DNA of 64,000 bases from an uncultured bacterium (GCA_963977015.1 CAXBMO010000019.1:50083-114082); one strand, 5' to 3'; positions 40,400 through 50,750 are shown, counted from the stretch's first letter. Notes: generated by a model not told the origin, from the letters alone. Translations and numbers: made by a program.

Positions 40400-42586
40400 T
40401 CAATTCGCGGCACCGGCCAATTCCGGAAACTTCGGCCAGGTTCCTGGAACGGCGAACGGCTGCCCGGTTTCGACCGCGCCCATGTCCGGGGCCTCCCCGT
40501 GAAATCCGTCGTTGAAATTCGGCAATCTCGCGCCGGCGTCGTGACCGGGCGTTCCCGCTTTCAACCCGGGCGGCCTACCTTCGGCGGCATCCTCGTAGAC
40601 CGGAACTGCCTCAATGCCGTGAGCCTCATTTCCCTCGCGATAAGTGAGTTTCCCGAAAATCAGGTCGAAGTCGAAATCGTTCGTTTCATAGCCGAGCGGA
40701 TCGCGAATCGCGGAATCCTTCATGCTGCGGCAGTGGAGAATATTGTTGCGCGTCACCAGGTTCTGTTGGCGCTTTTTGCTTCCGGTGCAGATGATTCCGG
40801 AACGGCACCCGGCCAGCTCCTTTCGTCCCGGCCAGGGCGTGGGTTGGTAGATCGTGTTGTGGTAGATGTACATGCGCCCCTTCGTCATTTCGCGGGATTC
40901 GTTGCCTAACTTGAGAAGTCCGCCACCCTTCGTGCCGGCCCAGTCGTTTGTCGGGCCCGTCCGCGAACGCAGCGCGATGTTGCGCCACATGTAAACCGGT
41001 CCCAGCGAGGTCGTCGCGCCAGCCAGCGACATCATGCAGACGTCCGTGCAATTGTTCCAAATCCGAACATTCATGTTCGCCCCCTCGCACTCGAATCCAT
41101 CGTCGCGACAATGGGAGACGAAGTTTCCGTAGATGTCGCTGTCCCGGTTCGGAAACCCGGCAAAGCTGAAGTTCGCGAACTCGCCCATGCCGTCGTTGAA
41201 CATGTGCTCCATGTCGGAGCGGATCCGGTTGTGGCGAATGACGTAGCGTCCCTTGCCTTTGCGCAGGGTGATTCCTTGGGCGCCCATGGGATGTGAAGTC
41301 TTGCGGCCGTCGGGCAAGGTGCGTTCCTCGTTCCACGAATTGCTGTGACTGCGGGGATGATGAAGGTCGCAGTGCTGAACCACGATGTGCTCGAGCGCTG
41401 GATTGTTGCCGTAAACGGCCGAATGCCCATTCGCACCAAACCCGTCCTTGTCGATCCCGCCCCAACCGCTGATGTCGCAGTGCTCGATCACAACGTGATG
41501 GACGCTGCGCAACTCGATTCCGTGGTTCGCCGCGTTCTTCAATTCCAGTCCTCGAATCATCACGTAAGGAGCATTCACCCGCACGTTTGCATCGTGCTTA
41601 CCTTGCGCGTCACCAATCGACGACTTCCCCTCTGCCGGTGCATAGACCACGTAGCCTTCTTCCGCCGAACCACCTTCGTCGATCTCCAGGGTCTCTTCCC
41701 ACTGTTCCGGAAGCGTAACCACCTTCTTGACCTTGAATGCCTCGTCCCAGGTTCGCGCGGTCAGCGTTTTCTCCGTGTTCGTCTTCTCCACCACCAACCG
41801 GATTTCGTAGTCCGTTCCCGGCTCGAGATGCACCAGGCTGCCGCGGTATTCCTGGCTGTTTTGCGGCCGCCCCTTGTGAGCGTTGGGGTCGAACCAAAGA
41901 GCATGCCCTTCCTTCCAATCCGCTGCACCTGCGGGACGATAAAAAACCTGGCAGGGATGATCCTTGCTGCCGTCATTCGGTTTCCAGTAGAGCCCGATCG
42001 ACTCAAACGTGGCCACCGCGAACGGCTCGTGCAGGGCTTCGCGCGGCAAACCGGTTGCGTCCACCAACTCCATTCCGGAGAACCAGAGTTTCTGCCCGAG
42101 CTGTTTTTCACCCTGACTCCAACGGCACAGGATGATGACATTGTCCGCCTCACCACTGTCGAAAAACGTCTCCACCCGCTTCCACTCCGGGCCACTTCGC
42201 GGGGTATCAATGCGCTCCAACTCCTCGCGCCCCTTGCGGCGCTTCACTTGAACGAAAGCCGTTCCTTTCCCCGTGCTCCGCAGCCAGGTGCTGATCCGGT
42301 ATCGCGTGTGCGGCTTCACTTTCACGGTCTGCCCGATCTCGCCGGAGCGACCCTTCATATCGGTCGTATTCTCAACGCGGAGGCTCCCCTGCGCGTCAGC
42401 TGGCTTTTCTACCGTGTCGATCGCGACCGTCTGTTTTTTCTGCCCATCGTTCCAGCCAACCGGCTTCCCATTTTCCGCCGACGTAAAATCCGGGTTTTTA
42501 AGAAGGTTTGGCAGGGATTCAGCAGCCCGGGATGAGGCGATGGCGAGGATGAAGACAACTGGGAGGAGAAGGGGGCGAAGGGTCAT
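40400..42586 (-). CDS. Secreted CBM-like + Fn3 + right-handed beta-helix protein (putative polysaccharide lyase/hydrolase)
   Basis: Signal peptide, CBM4/9-like NLLKNPDF..W start, Fn3-like LEPGTDYEI, beta-helix repeats (IRHN, IYGN, IWNN, IYHNT) and a C-terminal APDMGAVE. Confidence 0.75.
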   Translation of the reverse strand: MTLRPLLLPVVFILAIASSRAAESLPNLLKNPDFTSAENGKPVGWNDGQKKQTVAIDTVEKPADAQGSLRVENTTDMKGRSGEIGQTVKVKPHTRYRISTWLRSTGKGTAFVQVKRRKGREELERIDTPRSGPEWKRVETFFDSGEADNVIILCRWSQGEKQLGQKLWFSGMELVDATGLPREALHEPFAVATFESIGLYWKPNDGSKDHPCQVFYRPAGAADWKEGHALWFDPNAHKGRPQNSQEYRGSLVHLEPGTDYEIRLVVEKTNTEKTLTARTWDEAFKVKKVVTLPEQWEETLEIDEGGSAEEGYVVYAPAEGKSSIGDAQGKHDANVRVNAPYVMIRGLELKNAANHGIELRSVHHVVIEHCDISGWGGIDKDGFGANGHSAVYGNNPALEHIVVQHCDLHHPRSHSNSWNEERTLPDGRKTSHPMGAQGITLRKGKGRYVIRHNRIRSDMEHMFNDGMGEFANFSFAGFPNRDSDIYGNFVSHCRDDGFECEGANMNVRIWNNCTDVCMMSLAGATTSLGPVYMWRNIALRSRTGPTNDWAGTKGGGLLKLGNESREMTKGRMYIYHNTIYQPTPWPGRKELAGCRSGIICTGSKKRQQNLVTRNNILHCRSMKDSAIRDPLGYETNDFDFDLIFGKLTYREGNEAHGIEAVPVYEDAAEGRPPGLKAGTPGHDAGARLPNFNDGFHGEAPDMGAVETGQPFAVPGTWPKFPELAGAAN

Positions 42587-42678
42587 GGAGTTTGGTGGAA
42601 CCAACACGGGTTTGGGAAGTTTACAATCCTGCAGGATCCAAAATCAAAATGGAAGCACTTCCCGCGACTTGGCGCGCT

Positions 42679-45111
42679 TTAGCGCAGGGTCAGATTCCGG
42701 CTGCCCTGCTTGAAGGTCACGCGGAACCCATGGAGGCGCGGTAAGGCCCAGGCCGGAGGTTCCTTCAACTTTCGGGCCTTTTGATTGAGCGGCTCCAACT
42801 GCACGGTCCGGGACTCGGGCAACACGGTGCACGAATAGGTCCCGCCCTCATGGCTCCACACTCGCGGGAACGCCTCCAAAATTGGATCCGCGACCCATTT
42901 CGGGATTCCAGTTTCGGCTTCCAGGTTCGGGAGAAGATCGCTCGTATCGACAAGCGCCAGATCCGCGGCCGTTTCGACCCCGAGCGTCGCGAGCCGTTGA
43001 GCGAGCCAGGCCGTTTCGTCATCTGGGATCGTCCCTCCCGGAGTTTGGTAGTCGGAGAGCTCCTTGCCTCGCCAATTTGCCAACAGTCGCCAGGCGTGCA
43101 GCGCCTCGCGGACGGCGTCACCAGCTCCTTTGAAGAGTCGATTCTCAAGGACAAAGCCCGCAACCGCTTGATGGAGATCGCTCCCGTTCAGTTCAACTTC
43201 GCCACTCGAAAGCGTCACGCCAGCGAGTTGAGCATTCCGAGACGCCAGAATCTTGATTCGACCTCGCGACTTCTTTTCGAGAGAGAAGTCCGCGAGTTTC
43301 GATTCTCCGAGCCCGGCCGCTGCCAGGGTTTCAAGTTCGGTCGGCAGCACCATTCGGCCGATCCCAAAGACGCCGTTCGACACGGAGAGCCATTCGGTTT
43401 CGAGAATGACGGCGGCGTTCGATTTCCAGGCTTCGGTCGCGCGATCGACCGGTTCGAACGGATACACCTTCACTTCGATGCTGCCATTCGCCCACGGCAC
43501 GGATCGCCCGGTTTGCTTGCTCGCCCTCGGTCGTTTGACGAACCCCGCCGCAGGGAGCCGCGTCAGAATGTACTCGGCGAGCCCTTTGCTCGACTCACCC
43601 TTCGCGCCAATGAGCTCACGCAGTTGACGGCTGATGGATCGCGCTTCCTCGAGACGTCGGCGGCTGAGTTGATGAACAGTCGCGTCTCCCTTTTGAAGCA
43701 ACGTCAGGTTCGTCGCGACTTCATCCTTCACGCCCTGCAGCAGCTCTGCCCTCGCGTCCTCGGCGGCTTCTCTCGCGGCGGGGCGCAGCTCGTTGAGGTT
43801 GCGCAGAAATGAACCCCGACTCTGGAGGATCGCGACGAGGTCGCAGAGGGTTGCGTCAATCGCCGGCGGCGCGCCGACGAGCAACGCCGCCTCATCAGCG
43901 GATACGGGAAGTTGGACCAGCTTCCTACCTCGGTCGGTCAGGCCGCCTCCATCGATCGCGGAGAGCGATTGGAGGCGTTGAAGCGCGCGTTCCACGGCGA
44001 AGTCAGGCGGCGGGGTGATCCAGGTGGCATCCTTCAAGGCGGCGCCCGCGAGGCCGAGTTCAGCCGCCTGAAGCAGCAAGTCATCGAGCTCGACGCGTTC
44101 GATCTCCGGCCGCGGATGGGGCTCCGGGCGATAGCTTGCCGACCAGAGCCGAATGCACACTCCAGCGGCAACGCGGCCCGCCCGCCCGGCCCGTTGTTGC
44201 ATGGACGCATCGGAGATCGGCACCGTCGCGAGCATCGTTCGCCCGGCGCGATGGAGCCGGGTTTTCGCCAAGCCGCTGTCGATCACCACCCGGACTCCGG
44301 GCAGGGTGATCGAGGTCTCCGCGACATTGGTGGAAAGGTAGACCCGGCGACGTTTGGAACTCTGGAAGACCCGGCGCATCGCCTCCGGAGACTGCGACCC
44401 ATGCACGATGAGAATTTCTTCCTCGCGGCGCCCGAGCGCTGACTCGACGGCTCGAATCTCCTTCAGGCCCGGGAGGAACACGAGAACGTCTCCAGCGTGG
44501 TCCTGCAACGCTTGAACGACGGCGCTGGCGACACGCCCTCCGATCTCGTGAGTGCTCGGTTCGCTCGAGCCCGGATCGTAGGCAAGGTCGACGGGAAACG
44601 TCCGCCCGGTCGCGTGCAGAGTCGATGCGCCAAGCGTGGCCGCGGCCGACTCGGCATCGATGGTTGCTGAAGTCAGAATGAGCGGAACGTCCTGAAGTCG
44701 TGACAGGCTGGCCGCCGCCGCGACCACCAGATCCATCTGCCAGGAGCGCTCGTGAAACTCATCGACGACGATCGCGCCCGGGGTTGACGATCCAGCGAGC
44801 ATGCGGAGCGCGACGCCGGGCGTGCAAAACAGCACCCGGGTGTCCTGACTGGAACGATCGGAGAACCGCACCCGGCTTCCGAAGTAACCTCCGACCTGCT
44901 CGCCGCGTTGGGAGGCGAGGAACTCTGCGAGCGCGTTGCAGGCGACGCGTCGAGGCTCGACCACGAGGATCAGGCCCTCGAATCGTTCGGCGAGCCAAAC
45001 GGGAACCCGCGTCGATTTCCCGGCACCGGTTTCAGCGGTGAGCACGAGCCGTCTCGATCCGTCCAAAGCCCGTTCGAACGCTTCCCGGATTTGATCGATG
45101 GGCAGGGTCAT
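42679..45111 (-). CDS. DEAH/RHA-family ATP-dependent helicase (HrpB-like, atypical C-terminus)
   Basis: Motifs AETGAGKST, EPRR, DEFHER, SAT, LVFLPG, STNVAETSIT and QRAGRAGR. Confidence 0.9.
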   Translation of the reverse strand: MTLPIDQIREAFERALDGSRRLVLTAETGAGKSTRVPVWLAERFEGLILVVEPRRVACNALAEFLASQRGEQVGGYFGSRVRFSDRSSQDTRVLFCTPGVALRMLAGSSTPGAIVVDEFHERSWQMDLVVAAAASLSRLQDVPLILTSATIDAESAAATLGASTLHATGRTFPVDLAYDPGSSEPSTHEIGGRVASAVVQALQDHAGDVLVFLPGLKEIRAVESALGRREEEILIVHGSQSPEAMRRVFQSSKRRRVYLSTNVAETSITLPGVRVVIDSGLAKTRLHRAGRTMLATVPISDASMQQRAGRAGRVAAGVCIRLWSASYRPEPHPRPEIERVELDDLLLQAAELGLAGAALKDATWITPPPDFAVERALQRLQSLSAIDGGGLTDRGRKLVQLPVSADEAALLVGAPPAIDATLCDLVAILQSRGSFLRNLNELRPAAREAAEDARAELLQGVKDEVATNLTLLQKGDATVHQLSRRRLEEARSISRQLRELIGAKGESSKGLAEYILTRLPAAGFVKRPRASKQTGRSVPWANGSIEVKVYPFEPVDRATEAWKSNAAVILETEWLSVSNGVFGIGRMVLPTELETLAAAGLGESKLADFSLEKKSRGRIKILASRNAQLAGVTLSSGEVELNGSDLHQAVAGFVLENRLFKGAGDAVREALHAWRLLANWRGKELSDYQTPGGTIPDDETAWLAQRLATLGVETAADLALVDTSDLLPNLEAETGIPKWVADPILEAFPRVWSHEGGTYSCTVLPESRTVQLEPLNQKARKLKEPPAWALPRLHGFRVTFKQGSRNLTLR

Positions 45112-45355
45112 CGGTCGCCCCGGTTGAACGATCGCCGATGGATTGATGCCGTCGTGCCGACGCTGTTCCAGGTTTTTCGGGCCATGGCCGAAGTATATCG
45201 AAGATCCGCCATTGCGCCACGCCCGAGATTGCGAATGCCACGAGCTCTCGCGCTTGTGGTCTCAACGCATCAATCGGGCATTCAGCCCGCAGTCCGCAAG
45301 TTCCGCGAGCCTCTTCCCGATGAAAGATCGGTGTCGTTGATTCCAGAACAGCGTC

Positions 45356-45553
45356 CTAGCCCAACGCCGTGTCAGACACGAGGCTGGACGCGCCAATCAG
45401 CGAGTTGGGCATGAAATCGTCAATGGGGATGGGCTGTTGGCCACGAGCGAGCATGGCGTAAAGATAGATGACGAAAGCCAATGCCAGCAACACGATGAGG
45501 AACAGTCTGAAAGTGCGTTCGTTGAGATGATAGGATGGAAGGGTAAAGTTCAT
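45356..45553 (-). CDS. Small single-TM hypothetical protein
   Basis: 65-aa ORF with one strong TM segment and an AT-rich upstream region. Confidence 0.5.
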   Translation of the reverse strand: MNFTLPSYHLNERTFRLFLIVLLALAFVIYLYAMLARGQQPIPIDDFMPNSLIGASSLVSDTALG

Positions 45554-45665
45554 GAGGAACGTTAGGTTAATGCTACGGAAAATATAAGGCAGCTATCCTC
45601 CTTTTTCCACCCAAACACGTCTGTTTTCGGAGCAAATTTCGGGGCCGAGGGCACGCGACGCCCAG

Positions 45666-45980
45666 CTACTCGGCCAACGCCACCTGCACTTCACCATCCT
45701 GCACCCGGGTTTTGTAACATTGCACGTCTTCCACTGCGGGTGGGCTGAGCACGCCTCCGGTTTTGATCGAGAAACAGGCCCCGTGCCAGGGACATTCCAC
45801 TTCGTCGCCTTCGATCAGTCCTTCGCTCAAGGGGCCCCCGGAATGCGGGCAGGTGTCGTCGATGGCAAAGAACTCGCCGTCGACGTTGAAAATTGCGATG
45901 GTTCGACCTTCGAGTTCGACGCACTTGGCGTTTCCCGGCTGAATCTCGCTGGCGAGGGCTACGTTGTGGAAGTTGGCCAT
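45666..45980 (-). CDS. Rieske-type ferredoxin (oxygenase ferredoxin subunit)
   Basis: Rieske motif CPH...ECPWHG..F in a 104-aa protein. Confidence 0.93.
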   Translation of the reverse strand: MANFHNVALASEIQPGNAKCVELEGRTIAIFNVDGEFFAIDDTCPHSGGPLSEGLIEGDEVECPWHGACFSIKTGGVLSPPAVEDVQCYKTRVQDGEVQVALAE

Positions 45981-45999
45981 GATGACGGAAGTTCCACGG

Positions 46000-46569
46000 T
46001 TAATTTGCCCGGAGGCCGGTCATCCGCAATAGGGGTTGACGCGCATTTGGGATTGGCGATTTGGCGTAGGGGATGGGTACAAAACCTTCTCGATAGTGGA
46101 GGGGAATCGTGGTGGAGGGCTGCGGCAGCCCTTCTTCCTCTTCCTGGGCGGCGAAGAAACGAAGGTCCGTTTCAACTTCAGCGGCCCCGGCGTCATCGCT
46201 GGCGATGAGGAAGCGGCAACGCTTCAATTCCTGGCCGGCCCAGAACCAGAAGCGTTCGTGAACCGCGTCTTCGAAATCGCGTTCGACCGGACCGTAGCGG
46301 CTGCGGAATTGCGTCCAGCGTGTTTCGGCAACCTTCAAGGTGGTGGAGGCGGCTGCGGCGTAGAAATCCCGAAACATGAGGCTGAGTTGTTCCGGTTTTT
46401 CGGGACGAAGCGTTTCGGGATAGAGCTTGGCCCAAACCGAACGGTAGGCCGTTTCGGAACTGGTCGTCGTGTCGTCGGAAAGTACGGCCTCAACGCCGAA
46501 GAAAAGAAAAATCACCGCGGCAGGCAAGAGCCACCGAGGTAGTGGGACGAATGGGTGGGGAGTTTTCAT
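46000..46569 (-). CDS. Hypothetical secreted protein
   Basis: N-terminal hydrophobic signal-like segment. No recognised domain. Confidence 0.55.
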   Translation of the reverse strand: MKTPHPFVPLPRWLLPAAVIFLFFGVEAVLSDDTTTSSETAYRSVWAKLYPETLRPEKPEQLSLMFRDFYAAAASTTLKVAETRWTQFRSRYGPVERDFEDAVHERFWFWAGQELKRCRFLIASDDAGAAEVETDLRFFAAQEEEEGLPQPSTTIPLHYREGFVPIPYAKSPIPNARQPLLRMTGLRAN

Positions 46570-46654
46570 GTCGGGAGGTATTCGAATTTGAGTTGCCGTG
46601 CGTGCTGGCCCCGGCCTTCCTCAGGCCGGGGATTCTCTGGCGTCGTGCAAGGGT

Positions 46655-46795
46655 TCAGAAGTTCGGGAGGGAGCTTTCCATTTCCGACGACGAAGGAGAT
46701 TCTCCCGTGTCGGATTTCTCGCCACTGCATCCTGAGATCAGCAGGGAGCCCAGGAAGGCGGCCACGAGAAGGGCGGCAAGTTTGATGAGGTTCAT
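46655..46795 (-). CDS. Small lipoprotein (46 aa)
   Basis: MNLIKLAALLVAAFLGSLLISGC ends in a lipobox and is followed by a short Ser-rich mature part. Confidence 0.6.
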   Translation of the reverse strand: MNLIKLAALLVAAFLGSLLISGCSGEKSDTGESPSSSEMESSLPNF

Positions 46796-46871
46796 TGTTA
46801 GGTAGTTTTTGACGTGTTGGGTTGGTTCGTCGCCCGCCACGCGGCGGAGTCATTCGACGGTTCTTGAGTCC

Positions 46872-46886
46872 GCAGGGATCGCGCCA
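46872..46886 (-). promoter_or_regulatory. Putative sigma54 promoter for the small lipoprotein unit
   Basis: Minus strand reads TGGCGCGATCCCTGC (GG-N10-GC). Confidence 0.45.
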
Positions 46887-47211
46887 TCATGGGTTCATCA
46901 TGTAACTTCCTCATTCTGAGCCGTTGCCAGCGTCAGCTCCCCACGCCGGAGCGGTCCGGAGTGTCCAGTGGGCTTACAAGTTGGCAATCGGGGATGCATT
47001 CTGCGCCTTTCAAGAGTCTGTCGGAGGGGCGCAACTGACTGACCATCAGTAATTTGAATTCGTCCCGAGAGCCGGGCATGGAAGCCGCGCTGCCGGAGTT
47101 GATGAAGTCCGATCGGCCTGCAACGGCTACTCCGGCACCGTCAACTCTGGTCAAAGCTCAGAATGTCGAAAAACCGGTCAAGGCATTCCGTCCCTGGACG
47201 TCTAACCGGGC

Positions 47212-48747
47212 ATGAAATGGATTCGCTGCTGGTTTCTCGCGTTCCTTTTCGGGTTGCCGTCTCCGGGTTGGGCGGAATCGCGGCCGAACATCCTGTTCAT
47301 TTATACGGACGACCAGTCGCACCGAACCTTGGGCTGTTACCGCGACGACGGAGCCTACCCGTGGGTCAAGACTCCGCACATCGATGCGCTGGCCTCCCGC
47401 GGGGTGCGGTTTACCCATGCCTACATTGGCACCTGGTGCATGCCATCCCGTGCGACGATGCTGACCGGCCACCATCCCTACGGCATCAAGTCGATGCGGG
47501 GCGAATTCCTCTATCCGCGCAGCACTTACGATCCCGAAGAATGTCCTTTTTGGCCGAAGGTGTTCCGTTCCAGCGGCTATTTCACCGCCCAAATCGGCAA
47601 GTGGCACACCGGCACGGATTCTGGATTCGGGCGCGATTGGGACTACCAGGTCGTCTGGAACCGTCCGCGCTACATCGCCAATGCCGGTGCCTATTACAAG
47701 GCGCAGCAACTGGAGTTCGATGGCGGGCGCGCCAAGAAAGTGAGTGCCTACCCGGCGGACTACTACACGGATCTGGCGGTGGAGTTCATCCGCGGCGATA
47801 CCCGCAGCAGATCCAAGCCCTGGTTTCTCTGGCTCTGTTATGGTTCCACGCACGGGCCGTTCACGCCCGCCAAGCGGCATCTTGACGCGTACCCTGGCGT
47901 GACCGTGCCGATACCGGCGGACATCTACGCGCCGCGATCCGGGAAACCCGCTTATGTTCGGGAACTGAACACCTGGTTGCCCGGAAAAACCGGCCAGCCG
48001 GAAATGAAAAACTATCATTCGCCCACCGTTCGCGGCAAGCCGATCCACGGGCCGACCCTGAGCGGCTGGGTTCGCCAATACCAGCAGTGCGTATCGGCTC
48101 TGGATGAAGCGGTCGGGCGAATCACCACCGAGCTGCAAAACACCGGCCAGCTCGACAATACCCTCGTTGTCTTCACCTCCGATCAAGGGTTTGCCTGGGG
48201 CCAGCACGGGTTCTGCCACAAGCTCGCGCCTTACGATGCCAACCTGCGTGCGCCGCTCATTTTCAGTCAGCCTGGCAGCCTGCCACAGGGCAGGGTGTGT
48301 CGCACCCCGGTTGGCGGCGTGGATCTCATTCCCACGTTCTTTGCCAAGGCCGGGATTCCTCTGCCATGGGCCATGCACGGTCACGACCTCTCGCCCCTCC
48401 TCGCCAACCCATCGTCGCAGTCCTGGAAGCATCCGGTTCTGCTCGCCATGACCGGCCGGCGTTTCGGCTCGGAAACCGCGGTGATCCCCAACGACCGGAA
48501 GCTGCGGATCAAAGGCGTGCCCTGGTGGGTAAGCCTGACGCAGGGGAGCCACAAATACATCCGCACCCTGGAAACGGGCGAGATCGAGGAACTCTACAAC
48601 CTGTCTGACGACCCTGAGGAACTCGAGAATCTGGCGCTGAAGCCGGAGTTCGCCGCGCGCGTCCAAACCATGCGCGCCGCCACTCTTGCCGAACTGCGCC
48701 GCACGGGCGCTCCGTTTGTGGATCAGTTGCCCCCGGTCGCGAAGTAA
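47212..48747 (+). CDS. Sulfatase
   Basis: Signal peptide plus PNILFIYTDDQ, CMPSR, GKWH and SDQGFAWGQHG. Confidence 0.93.
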   Translation: MKWIRCWFLAFLFGLPSPGWAESRPNILFIYTDDQSHRTLGCYRDDGAYPWVKTPHIDALASRGVRFTHAYIGTWCMPSRATMLTGHHPYGIKSMRGEFLYPRSTYDPEECPFWPKVFRSSGYFTAQIGKWHTGTDSGFGRDWDYQVVWNRPRYIANAGAYYKAQQLEFDGGRAKKVSAYPADYYTDLAVEFIRGDTRSRSKPWFLWLCYGSTHGPFTPAKRHLDAYPGVTVPIPADIYAPRSGKPAYVRELNTWLPGKTGQPEMKNYHSPTVRGKPIHGPTLSGWVRQYQQCVSALDEAVGRITTELQNTGQLDNTLVVFTSDQGFAWGQHGFCHKLAPYDANLRAPLIFSQPGSLPQGRVCRTPVGGVDLIPTFFAKAGIPLPWAMHGHDLSPLLANPSSQSWKHPVLLAMTGRRFGSETAVIPNDRKLRIKGVPWWVSLTQGSHKYIRTLETGEIEELYNLSDDPEELENLALKPEFAARVQTMRAATLAELRRTGAPFVDQLPPVAK

Positions 48748-48794
48748 CCGGTGAAGAAGCGATCGCCTTTCATCGTCGTTAAAGAGGAAGTTCC

Positions 48795-49400
48795 ATGAAA
48801 CTCGCTGCCTGTTCGTCCCTTTTGCTGACCTTCCTGGTAGCCTGCACCTCGACCGTTCCGCGCGCTCCGCTGGCGAAGGCCGTCGAGGCCGGGCAACCTG
48901 GCATTCGCACCTTTCCGATCAACGAAGTGCAGGGCAGCGCCTATGTTGACGACGCGGTTTACGCGGAAACCACCCCGGAATCGGCCCGGATCGTCATCTC
49001 GCTCCATCAGCAGCGCGCGTGGCTTTTTCACGGCGACAAAGCCGCGGTGAGCACTCCGATTTCGACCGGTGTTCCCGCTTATCCGACGCCGTCCGGGAAT
49101 TTTAAAATCCTGGAGAAGAAGGAGTATCACGAATCCTCGCTCTACGGCAATTACGTCGATGCGCAGGGCAATGTCGTGCTGCGCGATGTCAATTCCCGCG
49201 TCAACAAGGCGCCGCCGGGAACGACCTGGAAGGGCACGCCGGTTCCGCTGTGGCAGCGGCTGACCTGGGACGGGGTCGGGATGCACATCGGCAAGTTGCC
49301 GGGCCAACCCGCCTCGCACGGTTGCCTTCGCTTTCCGTCCACGGTCATGCCGTTGATCTACGCGAAGACCCGGCTCGGAACGCCGGTGACGATCGAATGA
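48795..49400 (+). CDS. L,D-transpeptidase (YkuD) lipoprotein
   Basis: Lipobox LVAC, ISTG..TPSG.F and catalytic H...ASHGCLR. Confidence 0.92.
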   Translation: MKLAACSSLLLTFLVACTSTVPRAPLAKAVEAGQPGIRTFPINEVQGSAYVDDAVYAETTPESARIVISLHQQRAWLFHGDKAAVSTPISTGVPAYPTPSGNFKILEKKEYHESSLYGNYVDAQGNVVLRDVNSRVNKAPPGTTWKGTPVPLWQRLTWDGVGMHIGKLPGQPASHGCLRFPSTVMPLIYAKTRLGTPVTIE

Positions 49401-49777
49401 CCCGGCTCATGAAAACGATCTATGTTATCGACGACATGCCGGAGATGCTCGAGACGCTCAAAACCGCCCTCGAGTTGTCGAACTACGAGGTGCGCGCGTT
49501 TTCCAGCGGCCGGGAAGCGATCCAGGCATTGGGGGAGAAGGTTCCGGACGTTGTGGTTACCGACCTCGACCTCCAGGCGAGCATCAGCGGGTTCGATTTG
49601 ATCGGCCAGGTCCGGCATCGGTTCCCGAAGCTGCCGGTGATTGTGACGAGTGGCTGTGCGGTGTTGCCGGAGTCGATTCTCCAGCTGGGCGTTGCGGCGT
49701 TTTGCCCGAAGCCGCTCGACATGAATCTGTTGCTGAGTGCGGTGCGCGAAGCCGTTACGCAGTGTAAACCGGGTTAG
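49397..49777 (+). CDS. Stand-alone response regulator receiver
   Basis: Motifs IYVIDD, phospho-acceptor VVTDL, VIVTSG and KP. ATGA overlap with the L,D-transpeptidase gene. Confidence 0.9.
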   Translation: MTRLMKTIYVIDDMPEMLETLKTALELSNYEVRAFSSGREAIQALGEKVPDVVVTDLDLQASISGFDLIGQVRHRFPKLPVIVTSGCAVLPESILQLGVAAFCPKPLDMNLLLSAVREAVTQCKPG

Positions 49778-49873
49778 CAACCTGTCACCTCATCAACCAC
49801 TTTTGCGAAGGTTCCGACTTCTTTGGGTTTTTGCAAAAGGCTTAAGATAAGCGTGTTGCGGATGAATTCGGTC

Positions 49874-49889
49874 TTGGTACGGATCCAGC
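49874..49889 (+). promoter_or_regulatory. Possible sigma54 promoter for the EF-hand/glycine-zipper unit
   Basis: TTGGTACGGATCCAGC (GG-N10-GC), 17 nt before the ATG. Confidence 0.4.
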
Positions 49890-49906
49890 GAGTTAGTGAG
49901 GTCCAG

Positions 49907-50296
49907 ATGAAATTCAATTCTCTATCAATAGCCGTTGCGGGTGGGTGCCTTTTGTCACTTTCAGCCTGCCAGAACAAGGATCTTGTTGCCAAACTCGACG
50001 CGGACAATGACGACAAAGTCTCCCGCGCCGAATTTCGCCAAGTCGTTCAGGAAGAAGCGTTCGACCTCTTGGACGCGAACAAGGACGGTGCGGTGACTCT
50101 GGAGGAATGGAAAGCGGTCGAAGACGTCCGCCAGCCGCTGCGCCGGTTCAACAGTCTGGACAGTAACGGCGACTCCAAACTGTCGTTCGACGAATTTGCC
50201 AAGACTTCACGCAAGCGTTCCACCTTGGACAACATGTTCGGCACCCTGGACCGCAATGAAGACGGTTTTCTGACCGACCAAGACTTTACCGACTAA
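49907..50296 (+). CDS. EF-hand calcium-binding lipoprotein
   Basis: Lipobox LSAC and four EF-loop-like motifs: DADNDDKVSRAE, DANKDGAVTLEE, DSNGDSKLSFDE and DRNEDGFLTDQD. Confidence 0.88.
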   Translation: MKFNSLSIAVAGGCLLSLSACQNKDLVAKLDADNDDKVSRAEFRQVVQEEAFDLLDANKDGAVTLEEWKAVEDVRQPLRRFNSLDSNGDSKLSFDEFAKTSRKRSTLDNMFGTLDRNEDGFLTDQDFTD

Positions 50297-50348
50297 CACT
50301 TCCATCCCCTCAACCAACTCTCATTCTAATTACATCCCACTTTTTTTC

Positions 50349-50750
50349 ATGAAGAAATCCTTATTTTTGACCGCCATCATTGCCATCCTCGGAATCGTAG
50401 GATGCGAAAGTCCGCAATCCGGAACCGCTGTCGGAGCCGGCACAGGCGCGTTGGTTGGCGCCATCGCAGGGAACAACATTGACGGCCTCTCCAAAGCCGA
50501 AGGCGCGATCGCTGGTGCTGTTGTCGGTGGCGTGATCGGCAATGTTCAGGGGCGCCAGCAAGGCCAGATCAAGGCGATGCAGGGGGAAATTGCGGCCCAG
50601 AATCAGACCGTGATCAACGTGCGTAACAGCAACGGCAGCACGACGCCGGTGGTGTTGCAGCGCTCTGGAAACGGCTGGCAAGGCCCACGCGGTGAAATCT
50701 ACGAAACCGTGCCTTCGGAGTCGCAACTCAAATCCGTTTACGGCTTCTAA
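50349..50750 (+). CDS. Glycine-zipper lipoprotein
   Basis: Lipobox IVGC and glycine zippers GTAVGAGTGALVGAIAG / GAIAGAVVGGVIG. Confidence 0.88.
   Translation: MKKSLFLTAIIAILGIVGCESPQSGTAVGAGTGALVGAIAGNNIDGLSKAEGAIAGAVVGGVIGNVQGRQQGQIKAMQGEIAAQNQTVINVRNSNGSTTPVVLQRSGNGWQGPRGEIYETVPSESQLKSVYGF

Noticed and set aside
46890-47160. Possible riboswitch or small ORF between the lipoprotein and sulfatase genes
   Set aside because: Only short hairpins are present. I found no recognisable aptamer consensus or convincing ORF.
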